Assembly (NCBI GenBank): GCA_963700145.1
Contig: OY969474.1
Span: 2,112,001-2,176,000, forward strand
Length of the DNA: 64,000 nt
Source: an uncultured Acidobacteriota bacterium
Lineage (GTDB): Bacteria > Acidobacteriota > Thermoanaerobaculia > Multivoradales > UBA5704
Direction of reading: 5' to 3'
Shown here: piece by piece, positions 10,174-21,072 of the stretch
Layout: every line of letters starts with the position of its first letter
How positions within the stretch are numbered: the stretch's first letter is position 1
Notes under the pieces: model-generated
Told to the model about the DNA's origin: nothing
The model's input: the letters and a program-made list of their open reading frames with translations, nothing else
The model's database searches: none
Program-made: the position numbers and the translations under genes

Positions 10174-10206
10174 GCACGGCGGCTGGCGCCGCCAAACCCA
10201 GAACGC

Positions 10207-10283
<77 letters not shown>

Positions 10284-10308
10284 TTTACCACCCGCTGGAG
10301 AGACGACG

Positions 10309-10464
10309 ATGCGCGACAAGATCAAGCTGGTTTCGAGCGCCGGGACCGGCTACTACTACACGACGAGCAAGAACAAGAAGGCTTCGACCGAGAAGCTGCG
10401 CCTGAAGAAGTACGACCCCAAGGTGCGCAAGCACGTCGAGTTCGTCGAAGAGAAGCTGCGCTAG
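10309..10464 (+). CDS. rpmG: 50S ribosomal protein L33 (Cys-less, Zn-independent type)
   Basis: [23 protein letters not shown]...KKYDP. Confidence 0.96.
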   Translation: MRDKIKLVSSAGTGYYYTTSKNKKASTEKLRLKKYDPKVRKHVEFVEEKLR

Positions 10465-10474
10465 GAGGCCCCCC

Positions 10475-11081
10475 ATGCACGAGCTCCCCCCTGCCCTACG
10501 CCTTCGACGCGCTCGAGCCGCACATCGACGCGCAGACGATGCAGATCCACCACGACAAGCACCACGCCACCTACGTCACCAAGCTCAACGAGGCGCTGCA
10601 GGCGCACGCGGACCTCCAGGCGAAGAGCGTCGAGGACCTCCTCCGCGGCTTCGACGCCGTCCCGCAGGCGATCCAGACCGCGGTCAAGAACCACGGCGGC
10701 GGCCACGCCAACCACTCCCTCTTCTGGCAGGTGATGGGCCCCGGCGGCGGCGGCGAGCCGGACGGGGACCTGGCCACGGCCCTCACCGAGCAGTTCGGGG
10801 GCTTCCAGCCGTTCAAGGAGAAGCTGACCAACGCCGCCGCCAACCAGTTCGGCTCCGGCTGGGGGTGGCTGGTCTTCTCGAACGGCAACCTGGAGGTCGT
10901 CGCCAAGCCCAACCAGGACAGCCCGCTGATGGAGGGGAAGACCCCGCTCCTCGGCGTCGACGTCTGGGAGCACGCCTACTACCTCAAGTACCAGAACCGC
11001 CGCCCGGACTACCTCGCCGCCTGGTGGAACACGGTGCGCTGGTCCGAGGTCGCCGACCGCCTCCGCCGCGCCCGCGGCTGA
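10475..11081 (+). CDS. sodA: Mn-type superoxide dismutase; apparent frameshift in C-run at 10486-10491
   Basis: [23 protein letters not shown]; GGAGG RBS before ATG 10475, which is out of frame with [13 protein letters not shown]. Confidence 0.9.
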
Positions 11082-11111
11082 CGCCGGTCCCCCAAACCCC
11101 CCGTTTCGCCC

Positions 11112-11143
11112 CCGACGGCCGGCCCAGAGCCGGCCGTTTCGTT
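11112..11143 (+). terminator. Probable intrinsic terminator hairpin after sodA
   Basis: ACGGCCGGC-CCAGA-GCCGGCCGT followed by TTCGTTT. Confidence 0.5.
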
Positions 11144-11327
11144 TCCCGCCCGAAAACGGCTAACTCTTCGTTATAGAGAAGTTTGCACATCTCTGCCCTG
11201 GCTGTGAGCGGCAAAAGTCGCGCACGTGCGCGTGTTGCCAATTCCTTTTCAACTCGGGTCGGGGTACGATGGACCGCAGCATCACGAGACGGCGCAGCGC
11301 CTCTCGAATCTGGGGGGAAACAGCCCG

Positions 11328-11651
11328 ATGGCCAGCATCGACCGCAGTCACGGCTTCGGACGCGAGGAGAGGCACCTCACGAAGGTCTTCAAGGCCCTCT
11401 CCGACGGCACGCGCCAGGAGATCCTGCGGCTCCTCGAGACGCAGCAGCGCACCGTGGGCGAGATCGTGGGCAACTTCAACCTCTCCCAGCCGACCATCTC
11501 CCGGCACCTCTCGGTGCTCAAGGAGGCGGATCTGGTCCTCGACCAGCGGCACGGCCAGAACGTCATCTACCGCCTCAACAACGAGGCCCTCTCCGGCTCG
11601 ATGCAGGAGTTCTTCGGGCAGTTCCGCAGCTGTCAGGAAGTCCTCCGCTAA
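11328..11651 (+). CDS. ArsR/SmtB family transcriptional regulator
   Basis: VFKALSDGTRQEIL, LSQPTISRHLSVL. Confidence 0.9.
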   Translation: MASIDRSHGFGREERHLTKVFKALSDGTRQEILRLLETQQRTVGEIVGNFNLSQPTISRHLSVLKEADLVLDQRHGQNVIYRLNNEALSGSMQEFFGQFRSCQEVLR

Positions 11652-11719
11652 GCGGCGGGTTGGTATAATCCCGCGCCCGACCGCCCGGCACCCGCCGGGC
11701 GGTCCGTCGTTGTCTCCGT

Positions 11720-11795
11720 GGCGGTGTAGCTCAGTTGGTAGAGCAAGCGGCTCATATCCGCTGCGTCAGGGGTTCGAGTCCCTTCACCGCCACCA
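11720..11795 (+). tRNA. tRNA with CAT anticodon, most likely elongator tRNA-Met
   Basis: GGCGGTG/CACCGCC acceptor, AGCGG-CTCATAT-CCGCT anticodon arm, CCA; paired position 1:72 excludes initiator tRNA. Confidence 0.93.
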
Positions 11796-11896
11796 TCCCT
11801 CGCTTTGCTCGGTCTGTTGGCAGTGAAGGGACTCGGTGGCCCACCGCTCGCTGCGCTCGCGGAGGGCGGAGCGAGTCCCGGCCATGACCCCTCGCA

Positions 11897-11930
11897 TGTC
11901 ATCCTGAGCGAGAGCGAAGGATCTGGGCGG
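11897..11930 (+). repeat. Single REP-like unit
   Basis: TGTCATCCTGAGCGAGAGCGAAGGATCTGGGCGG. Confidence 0.8.
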
Positions 11931-11959
11931 GCGGGTGGCGCGGCAACCTCTGACTACCT

Positions 11960-13024
11960 GTGACTCTGGAAGCCACACTGGAGCGCTTTTTCGGCGAGAA
12001 GGCACCGCTCGCCGCGGAGGAGGGCGTGCTGGTGGCCTTCTCCGGGGGCACGGATTCGACGGCTCTGCTTTGGGGGATGACGCGGCTGACGGCACGCCGG
12101 GACTGCCGGCTCTACGCCGCTCACCTGGACCATGGGATGGATCCTGAGTCCGCCGTGCGTGCCGCGGCAGCGGCGCGGACGGCGGAGAGGCTCGGCGTGC
12201 CGTTCCGCCAGGAACGGCGCGACGTGACCCGGCGACGCGGGGAGAGCCGTGAGGAGGCCGCACGCCGCGTCCGCTACGCCTTTCTAGAGGAGATGCGGGC
12301 GGCGGTGGGGGCGCGGTGGGTGGCTACGGCGCATCATCGGGACGATCAGGCGGAGACGGTGCTCGTGCGGATGCGGCAGGGGAGCGGGGTGACGGGGCTG
12401 GGGGGGATCCGGGCGGTGCAGGGGCGGGTGGTGCGGCCGTTGTTGGAGGTGCCGCGGGCGGTGTTGGTGGAGGCGGTGCGGGGGGCGGGGATCGCGGCGC
12501 TCGACGATCCGACGAACCGCGACCTGGCGGCGGCGCGGAACCTCGTGCGGCATCGGCTGCTGCCCGCGCTCTCTGCAGAGGACCCCGATGTCGCCGCGCG
12601 GCTGGCGCGGCTGGCCGCGGCGGCGCAACGGGCCGAGGGAGTCATTGCGCGGCGGCTGGCGCCGCTGCTCGATGGCACGGCGGCCGTGCCCGGCGGGGTG
12701 GCGGTGCGCGCCGGGGAGCTGTTCGCGCTGCCGGAGGCGCTCCTGCCGTTTGCGCTCGCCGCGCTGCATCGGCGCGCCGGCGCGCCGTACCCGGCCGGCG
12801 GGGCGGCGCGGCGCGAGCTGCTGCGGCAGCTCGCGCGCGGCGCGCGCGTCGGCTGCGACTGCGGCCGCGGCTGGCGCTGGGAGCGGCGGCGCGAGCTGCT
12901 GGTGCTGCGCCGCGCGGCGCCCGCCGCGCCGCCGCGGACGCCGTCGGCCTTCGCTTATACTCTCGACGCCCCTGCCCATCCCGAGCGCCGACCGCCGGGG
13001 TCGTCGGGACCCGCGAGCCGATGA
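11960..13024 (+). CDS. tilS: tRNA(Ile)-lysidine synthetase
   Basis: VAFSGGTDS, AHLDHG, EEAARRVRY, TAHHRDDQAET, RPLL, DDPTN. Confidence 0.93.
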   Translation: MTLEATLERFFGEKAPLAAEEGVLVAFSGGTDSTALLWGMTRLTARRDCRLYAAHLDHGMDPESAVRAAAAARTAERLGVPFRQERRDVTRRRGESREEAARRVRYAFLEEMRAAVGARWVATAHHRDDQAETVLVRMRQGSGVTGLGGIRAVQGRVVRPLLEVPRAVLVEAVRGAGIAALDDPTNRDLAAARNLVRHRLLPALSAEDPDVAARLARLAAAAQRAEGVIARRLAPLLDGTAAVPGGVAVRAGELFALPEALLPFALAALHRRAGAPYPAGGAARRELLRQLARGARVGCDCGRGWRWERRRELLVLRRAAPAAPPRTPSAFAYTLDAPAHPERRPPGSSGPASR

Positions 13025-13572
13025 GCGCCGACGCCAACCAGTCTCTGCCGAGCCCCCCTGTCGAGCCGCTCTTCGACGCCCCCGCCCTGGCGGCGCGCGT
13101 CGCCGAGCTGGGGCGGGAGATCGAGCGCGACCTGGCGCCCGAGGACCCGCTCCTCCTCGCCCTCCTCGGCGGCTCGGTCGTCTTCCTGGCCGACCTCGTG
13201 CGCGCGATCGAGCGGCCGCTGCGCTTCGAGTTCGTCTCGGTCGGCGCCTCCGACGCCCCCGACGCCGAGATCACCGACCTCCTCTACCCCATCCCCGTCG
13301 AGCTCGCCGGGCAGAGCGTGCTGCTGATCAAGGACGTGGTGGCCTCCGGCATCGTCGAGAGCTATCTGCAGCAGCAGATCCGCAGCCGCGGCGCCGCCTC
13401 GGTGCGCTTCGCCGTCTTGATCGACCTGCCTGAGGAGCGGAAGACCGAGCTGCACGTCGACTACCGCGCCTTCAGCGCCCGCCGCGTCGGGACGCTGGTC
13501 GGCTACGGCCTCAAATACCAGGGGCGCTGGGGCAACCTGCCGTTCGTCGGCCGGCTGGCGCCGGGGGCCTGA
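13021..13572 (+). CDS. hpt: Hypoxanthine phosphoribosyltransferase homolog with degenerate PRPP motif
   Basis: Position between tilS and ftsH; LGGSVVFLADLVR, VLLIKDVVASG, LVGYGL...NLPFV. Confidence 0.8.
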   Translation: MSADANQSLPSPPVEPLFDAPALAARVAELGREIERDLAPEDPLLLALLGGSVVFLADLVRAIERPLRFEFVSVGASDAPDAEITDLLYPIPVELAGQSVLLIKDVVASGIVESYLQQQIRSRGAASVRFAVLIDLPEERKTELHVDYRAFSARRVGTLVGYGLKYQGRWGNLPFVGRLAPGA

Positions 13573-13629
13573 GGTCCCGCGAGTGGAATCCTTGCCACGG
13601 ATCGATCGTTACTCTGGCGGGAGAGCACG

Positions 13630-15627
<1,998 letters not shown>

Positions 15628-15650
15628 CCCGGCCGCGTCCAGCGGCGCGG

Positions 15651-15684
15651 GTCATCCTGAGCGAGCGCAGCGAGCGAAGGATCT
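15651..15684 (+). repeat. Single REP-like unit
   Basis: GTCATCCTGAGCGAGCGCAGCGAGCGAAGGATCT. Confidence 0.75.
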
Positions 15685-15726
15685 CAGCAGGGTACACTTG
15701 GGGGCCGGCGCGAACGCCGCCCGTGC

Positions 15727-16641
15727 ATGGAGACCGCCACCCTACCCGCAACATCCCGCTCCTGGACCCTCGCCCTCCCCGGCGGCCGCGCGCTCCTGCT
15801 CGGCGGCAGGCCGCGGGTCATGGGCGTCTTGAACCTCACCCCCGACTCCTTCAGCGACGGCGGCCTGTTCGCCGAGCCCGCGCGGGCCGTCGAGCGCGGC
15901 CTGGCGATGCTCGCCGAGGGCGCCGTCCTCCTCGACCTCGGCGCCGAGTCGACCCGCCCCGGCGGCGGCGTCTACGGCGCCGGCGCGCGGGAGGTGCCGG
16001 CCGACGAGGAGTGGTCGCGCCTCCAGCCGGTGCTCGCCGGCCTGCGGCGGGCGACGGGGGCGCCGCTCTCGGTCGACACCCGCAAGGGGGAGGTGGCGCG
16101 GCGCGCCCTCGCCGCGGGGGCCGACCTGGTCAACGACGTCGCCGCCGGGGCCGACCCGGCGCTGCTCGCCGCCGTCGCGGAGGCCGGCTGCCCGCTCGTC
16201 CTCATGCACAGCCGCGGCGAGCTGGCCACCATGCAGCGCGGCATCCACTTCGCCGACCCGGTGGGCGAGGTGCGCGCCGAGCTGGCGGCCGCCGTCGCCC
16301 GCGCCCGCGCCGCCGGCGTCGCGGAGGAGCAGCTCCTCGTCGATCCCGGCATCGGCTTCGGCAAGACAGCGGCGCAGAACCTCCTGCTGCTGCGGCGGCT
16401 GGACGACTTGGCCGAGCTGGGCCGCCCCGTCCTCGTCGGGGCCAGCCGGAAGAGCTTCTTGGGCACGGTGACCGGCGCCCCGCCGGCGGAGCGGCTGGCG
16501 GAGAGCCTCGCCGCCGCGGCCTGGGGGGCGGCAGGGGGAGCGGCGGTGCTGCGCGTCCACGACGTCGCCGCGACGGCGCGCTTCCTCGCCGTCTGGGCGG
16601 CGATCGGCGAGGCGGCGGACCCCGAGGAGACGGCGCCTTGA
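15727..16641 (+). CDS. folP: Dihydropteroate synthase
   Basis: VMGVLNLTPDSFSDGG, GAESTRPG, DPGIGFGK, GASRKSF, LRVHDV. Confidence 0.96.
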   Translation: METATLPATSRSWTLALPGGRALLLGGRPRVMGVLNLTPDSFSDGGLFAEPARAVERGLAMLAEGAVLLDLGAESTRPGGGVYGAGAREVPADEEWSRLQPVLAGLRRATGAPLSVDTRKGEVARRALAAGADLVNDVAAGADPALLAAVAEAGCPLVLMHSRGELATMQRGIHFADPVGEVRAELAAAVARARAAGVAEEQLLVDPGIGFGKTAAQNLLLLRRLDDLAELGRPVLVGASRKSFLGTVTGAPPAERLAESLAAAAWGAAGGAAVLRVHDVAATARFLAVWAAIGEAADPEETAP

Positions 16642-17426
16642 GCTTCGCGCGCCTCGCCGAGCTGCTGACCTGGCGCGACCTGATCGACGTCCTCGCCGTC
16701 GCCTTCATCATCTACCGGCTGCTGCTGCTGATCCGCGGCACGCGCGCGGCGCAGATCGCCGTCGGTCTGGTGTCGCTGGCCGCGGTCTACCAGCTCGCGC
16801 GCCTGCTCGAGCTGCCGACCCTCGAGGCGATCCTCGAGAGCCTGCTCATCGTCCTCCCCTTCGCCGTCATCATCCTCTTCCAGCAGGAGATCCGCCGCGC
16901 TCTCGCCAACGTCGGCCGCAACCCGCTGGCGCTGACCGAGAAGAAGCCGGTCGAGACCTTTGCCGAGATCGTCCTCGCCGCCACCGCGCTCTCGACGCAG
17001 AAGGTCGGCGCGCTGATCGTCGTCGAGCGCCAGCAGGGGCTGCGCGACTACGTCGAGAACGGCGTCCGGCTCGACGCCCTCCTCTCCTACGACCTGCTGA
17101 TCAGCATCTTCAGCCCCGACTCGCCGCTCCACGACGGCGCCGTCATCATCCAGGAGGACCGGGTGGCGGCGGCGGCCTGCTTCCTGCCGCTGACCTCCAA
17201 CCCCGCGCTGTCGAGCGAGTACGGCACCCGCCACTCGGCGGCGCTGGGGATCAGCGAGGAGACCGACGCCGTGGCGGTCGTCGTCTCCGAGGAGACCGGC
17301 GCGATCTCGGTCGCCTTCGACGGCCGGATGGAGAGCGACCTCGACGGCAAGGACCTGCGCAACGCGCTCTACAAGTACCTGATCACCGACCTCTACCCGC
17401 AGCGGGCGCGGGGGCGAGCGGCATGA
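16638..17426 (+). CDS. cdaA: Diadenylate cyclase CdaA/DacA
   Basis: Three N-terminal TM helices, FQQEIRRAL, PLHDGA, GTRHSAALG, VSEETG; upstream of cdaR-glmM. Confidence 0.92.
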   Translation: MSFARLAELLTWRDLIDVLAVAFIIYRLLLLIRGTRAAQIAVGLVSLAAVYQLARLLELPTLEAILESLLIVLPFAVIILFQQEIRRALANVGRNPLALTEKKPVETFAEIVLAATALSTQKVGALIVVERQQGLRDYVENGVRLDALLSYDLLISIFSPDSPLHDGAVIIQEDRVAAAACFLPLTSNPALSSEYGTRHSAALGISEETDAVAVVVSEETGAISVAFDGRMESDLDGKDLRNALYKYLITDLYPQRARGRAA

Positions 17427-17443
17427 CCGAAGTTGATCTCCAC

Positions 17444-17482
17444 ACCCCCCCTCCTGGCCTCCCCCCGCAAGGGGGGGAGGGA
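17444..17482. repeat. Second REP-like hairpin family (CCTCCCCC...GGGGGAGG)
   Basis: CCCCCTCCTGGCCTCCCCCCGCAAGGGGGGGAGGGA; related copy at 56713-56750. Confidence 0.7.
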
Positions 17483-17511
17483 CGCGGCCGCACCCGAGAG
17501 AGCGCAAGCCG

Positions 17512-18198
17512 ATGACGGAGGTAACCCGCCTCTGGGGCATCCGCCTGCTGGCGCTCGCCATCGCCGTGGCGATCTGGTTCAGCGTCTCGCTCGACGAGCG
17601 GCGGAAGCTGTCGGAGAAGGTCGTCGAGGCGAGCGTCAGCTACAACCGGCCGCGCGGCATGATCATCCTCGACCCGGTGGGGACCGTCGAGGTGCGGCTG
17701 CGCGGCACCGAGCGGGCGATCCGCCAGCTCAACCCCGACCTGGTGGACGTGGAGATCAACCTGGCGCGCACTCCCGAAGGCCAGGTCACCGTGCCGCTGG
17801 GCCCGGACGACGTGCTGACGCCCGACGGCCTGGAGGTCGTCTCCATCCGTCCCAACGCCATCCGCGTCGAGCTCGACCGCGAGATCACGCGGCGCGTGCC
17901 GGTCGAGCCGGTGCTGGTCGGCGAGCCGGCCGCGGGCGCGACGGTCGGCCCGCCGGAGGTCCTCCCCAACCAGGTGCAGGTGACCGGGCCCGAGTCGCTG
18001 CTCAGCCGCCTGCGCTCGCTGCCGACGGCGCCGATCGGCCTCGACGGCCACGCCGTCCCCTTCGACGTGCTGGTGGCGGTCGAGGCGCCCGACCCGCTGA
18101 TCCAGATCGTGCCGCCGTCGCGGGTCAGCGTGCACGTGCCGATGACCCCGCCCGAGATCCGCCCCGACGCCCTGCGCAGCGAGCCGGACGAGCGGTGA
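17512..18198 (+). CDS. cdaR: CdaR/YbbR-domain protein
   Basis: N-terminal TM helix, two YbbR-like domains (VEVRLRG, VQVTGPES); between cdaA and glmM. Confidence 0.85.
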   Translation: MTEVTRLWGIRLLALAIAVAIWFSVSLDERRKLSEKVVEASVSYNRPRGMIILDPVGTVEVRLRGTERAIRQLNPDLVDVEINLARTPEGQVTVPLGPDDVLTPDGLEVVSIRPNAIRVELDREITRRVPVEPVLVGEPAAGATVGPPEVLPNQVQVTGPESLLSRLRSLPTAPIGLDGHAVPFDVLVAVEAPDPLIQIVPPSRVSVHVPMTPPEIRPDALRSEPDER

Positions 18199-19541
18199 GC
18201 GGCCGCCTCTTCGGCACCGACGGCATCCGCGCCCCCTTCGGCGAGCCACCGCTCGACCGCGCGACCGTCACGGCGGTGGGGCGGGCGCTCGCCGCGACGC
18301 TGCACGACGAAGGGCGGGAGACGACGGTCGTCCTCGGCGGCGACACGCGCGAGAGCACGCCGGCGCTGTGCCGCTGGCTGGCCTCCGGGCTCGCTGCCGG
18401 CGGCGTCGCCACGCTCTACGGCGGCGTCGTCCCGACGCCCGGCGTCGCGTACCTCACGCGGCGGCGGGGCGCCGGGGCGGGCGTCGTCGTCTCGGCGAGC
18501 CACAACCCCTACCCCGACAACGGCATCAAGCTGATCGACGGCGACGGCTTCAAGTGGAGCGAGGCGGCGGAGGCGGCGCTGGAGGAGCGGATCGAAGACC
18601 GGATGGGTGAGAAGGACGGGGCGGCGGAATCGCCGCTCGCCGAGGACCCCTCACTCCGCGAGGAGTACCTGGCGCACCTCGCGGACAGCGTCCCCGGCGA
18701 TCGGCCGCTGGCCGGCCTGGCGGTCGTGCTCGACGCCGGCAACGGCGCCACCTCGGCCTACGCCGAGGAGGCGTTCGCGCGCCTCGGGGCGCGCACCACC
18801 CTCCTCCACGCCGCCCCCGACGGCCGCAACGTCAACGCGAGGTGCGGCTCGACGGTGCCGGACGAGATGGCGGCGGCGGTGCCGGCCGCCGGCGCCGACC
18901 TCGGCGCCGCCTTCGACGGCGACGGCGACCGCTGCATCCTGGCCGACGAGACCGGTGCGGTGCGCGACGGCGACGCCATCCTCTACCTCTGGGGCACCGC
19001 CCTCGCCGCCCGCGGCGAGCTCGAGCCGCGCAAGGTGGTGGCCACCTCGATGAGCAACCTCGGTCTCGAGCGGGCGCTCGCCCGCGAGGGGATCGAGCTG
19101 CTGCGCACCGGCGTCGGCGACCGGCTGGTCGTCGAGGCAATGCGGCGGGAGGGGGTCCGGCTCGGCGGCGAGCAGTCCGGGCACGTCGTCGAGACGTCGC
19201 TCGCCACGACCGGCGACGGGCTGCTGACGGCGCTGCAGATCGCGCGGCTGGTGCGCGAGTCCGGGCAGCCCCTGTCGCGGCTCCTGGCCGGCTTCCGCCG
19301 CTACCCGCAGGTGCTGCTCAACGTCCGCGTGGCGCGCAAGCCGGACCTCGCGACCGTGCCCCGCGTCGCCGCCGCCGTCCGCGCCGCCGAGGAGACCCTC
19401 GGCGCCGACGGCCGCCTAGTCCTCCGCTACAGCGGCACCGAGCCCCTAGCCCGCGTCATGATCGAAGGCCCCGAACAGGCCGAGATCGACGCCTTGGCCG
19501 GCACGATCGCCGGCGCCATCCGCGACGAGCTGGGAGCCTGA
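18195..19541 (+). CDS. glmM: Phosphoglucosamine mutase
   Basis: LFGTDGIR, SASHNP, FDGDGDR, GGEQSGH, RYSGTEP. Confidence 0.96.
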   Translation: MSGRLFGTDGIRAPFGEPPLDRATVTAVGRALAATLHDEGRETTVVLGGDTRESTPALCRWLASGLAAGGVATLYGGVVPTPGVAYLTRRRGAGAGVVVSASHNPYPDNGIKLIDGDGFKWSEAAEAALEERIEDRMGEKDGAAESPLAEDPSLREEYLAHLADSVPGDRPLAGLAVVLDAGNGATSAYAEEAFARLGARTTLLHAAPDGRNVNARCGSTVPDEMAAAVPAAGADLGAAFDGDGDRCILADETGAVRDGDAILYLWGTALAARGELEPRKVVATSMSNLGLERALAREGIELLRTGVGDRLVVEAMRREGVRLGGEQSGHVVETSLATTGDGLLTALQIARLVRESGQPLSRLLAGFRRYPQVLLNVRVARKPDLATVPRVAAAVRAAEETLGADGRLVLRYSGTEPLARVMIEGPEQAEIDALAGTIAGAIRDELGA

Positions 19542-19549
19542 CGGCGCCG

Positions 19550-19737
19550 CCGGGACCGTCGCCTGCGGCAGGCGACGGTCGTTTGCGGCAGATGACCGTC
19601 GTTTACTCTAGACGACCGTCGTGTGTAGTAGACTACCGTCGCTCAGTACAGATGATAGTCGTCTGGAGTAAACTACCGTCGTTTAGGCCAAACGACGGTC
19701 GCCCGGCTCAAACGACCGTCGTCCGGAGCAGACGACC
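19550..19737. repeat. 20-bp-period palindromic tandem array A (9.5 units; ARACGAC-N-GTCGTYT + 5-nt spacer)
   Basis: Units start at 19550, 19570 ... 19730 with no indels; the last half-unit runs into the ATG at 19738. Confidence 0.92.
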
Positions 19738-20130
19738 ATGACCATGCGCGGAATCAACTCCTTGGCCGACAAGCTCAAGCTCTGGCAGCAGCTCCGCGCC
19801 GGCACCGGCCGCCTTCTCGACGACCTCCCCCACCTGCGCCCGGAGGTCACGACGTTCGAGACGGAGCTGCGGGACCTCGTGGCGATCGACGAGGAGCACG
19901 CCGCGACGACCGCCCGCCTGCGCGAGCTGACCCGCCGCCGCGCCGAGGCCCAGGTCCGCGTTCGTGGCCTGCGAAACCGCATCGCCGCGACGCTCCAAGG
20001 CCACTACGGCCCAGAGAGCGACACCCTGATCGAATACGGTATAGCCCCCCGCCGCCGCCGCCCGCGCCGCAAACCGGAGCCGGAGACCCCCACTATCTCC
20101 GAAGTACCTACCGAGCCGGTCGAGGAGTAG
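19738..20130 (+). CDS. Uncharacterised ~130-aa helical/coiled-coil protein with Arg-rich tail (paralog A)
   Basis: Host-like codon usage; clear homology to 60205-60597 (SLAD.LK.W.QLR, PHLR, TARLRE, H[YF]GPES..LIE..I.PRRRR). Confidence 0.85.
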   Translation: MTMRGINSLADKLKLWQQLRAGTGRLLDDLPHLRPEVTTFETELRDLVAIDEEHAATTARLRELTRRRAEAQVRVRGLRNRIAATLQGHYGPESDTLIEYGIAPRRRRPRRKPEPETPTISEVPTEPVEE

Positions 20131-20208
20131 GCCTCTACCCACCCGAGTATCTAGGATATCTTCGACGCCTGAATTGGATATCCGGCCCCTGCCGGAAGGA
20201 GCGCGGCG

Positions 20209-20424
20209 ATGAGCGTGCGCAAAACCAGCGTCGAGATCAACGAGGACCTCCTGCAGGAGGCCCAACGGGTGCTTTCGACGACGACCATCAAGGACACTAT
20301 CGAGGAAGCCCTCCGCGAGGTCCTGCGCGTGGAAGCTCGGCGTGAGGAGATCGAAGCGCTCTCGGCGATGCGCGGAATGGACCTCGCCGATCCGGAGGTG
20401 ATGTCCGGGGCCTGGCGCCCGTGA
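20209..20424 (+). CDS. VapB-type antitoxin
   Basis: KTSVEINEDLL...TTIKDTIEEALRE RHH-like; overlaps the PIN gene. Confidence 0.85.
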   Translation: MSVRKTSVEINEDLLQEAQRVLSTTTIKDTIEEALREVLRVEARREEIEALSAMRGMDLADPEVMSGAWRP

Positions 20425-20834
20425 GGGCGCGGTACCTCGTAGACAAGAGCGCGCTGGCGCGGATGCCGCTCGAGCCGGTGCGCGAGGTGCTGGCGCCGAT
20501 CATCGACGCCGGCGAGGCCGCCACCTGCGCCATCATCGATTTGGAAGTTCTCTTCAGTGCCAGGAACCGCGAGGACCACGATCGCATCCGCGAGCGCCGC
20601 GCCCTCGCCTACCACTCGGTGCCGATTACCGAGGAGATTTTCCAGCGAGCGATCGCGATCCAGTCCGCGCTCGCCCGCAGCGGCCGCCACCGGGTGCCGA
20701 TCCCGGACCTGATCATCGCCGCCACCGCGGAAGCCGCCGAGCTGGTGTTACTGCACTACGACCACGACTATGACGTTATCGCCGAGGTAACCGGGCAGCG
20801 CGCGGAGTGGGTCGTCGAGCGCGGCGTGCTCTAG
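20421..20834 (+). CDS. VapC PIN-domain toxin
   Basis: YLVDKSA, LEV, DLIIAATAE, HYDHDY. Confidence 0.9.
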   Translation: MRARYLVDKSALARMPLEPVREVLAPIIDAGEAATCAIIDLEVLFSARNREDHDRIRERRALAYHSVPITEEIFQRAIAIQSALARSGRHRVPIPDLIIAATAEAAELVLLHYDHDYDVIAEVTGQRAEWVVERGVL

Positions 20835-20847
20835 CGCCGGCCTTGCT

Positions 20848-21063
20848 TCACCGCTCGATCTCCAAGTCCGCCGAGTGCGGCTGCTCCGGCTCGCGCTGGA
20901 TGAGGACCGTGGCGGCGATCGGGAAGAAGGCGCGGTGGAGGCGCTCGCCGAACTGGCAGTTGACTTCGTAGTAGCCGTCGCCGCTGACCTGGAGCAGGGT
21001 CGCCCTGCCTCCCTTGATCCCCAGCAGCTCGTTATGGATCAGCACCTCGGCCGGTAGCTCCAT
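20848..21063 (-). CDS. Small hypothetical protein
   Basis: 71-aa ORF with GGAG RBS directly after the NtrC-family gene; host codon usage. Confidence 0.7.
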   Translation of the reverse strand: MELPAEVLIHNELLGIKGGRATLLQVSGDGYYEVNCQFGERLHRAFFPIAATVLIQREPEQPHSADLEIER

Positions 21064-21072
21064 CGCACTCTC

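Noticed and set aside
11720-11795. CAT tRNA upstream of tilS as tRNA-Ile2
   Set aside because: The GGCGGTG acceptor stem resembles elongator tRNA-Met; adjacency alone is not evidence. A tRNAscan-SE isotype score would settle it.
12290-12500. G-rich codon shift inside tilS
   Set aside because: Frame and motifs are intact, with no repeat or boundary; at most a recombined patch.
19550-19737. Arrays A and B as CRISPR arrays
   Set aside because: Repeats are 15 bp and degenerate, spacers are only 5 nt, and no cas genes are present.
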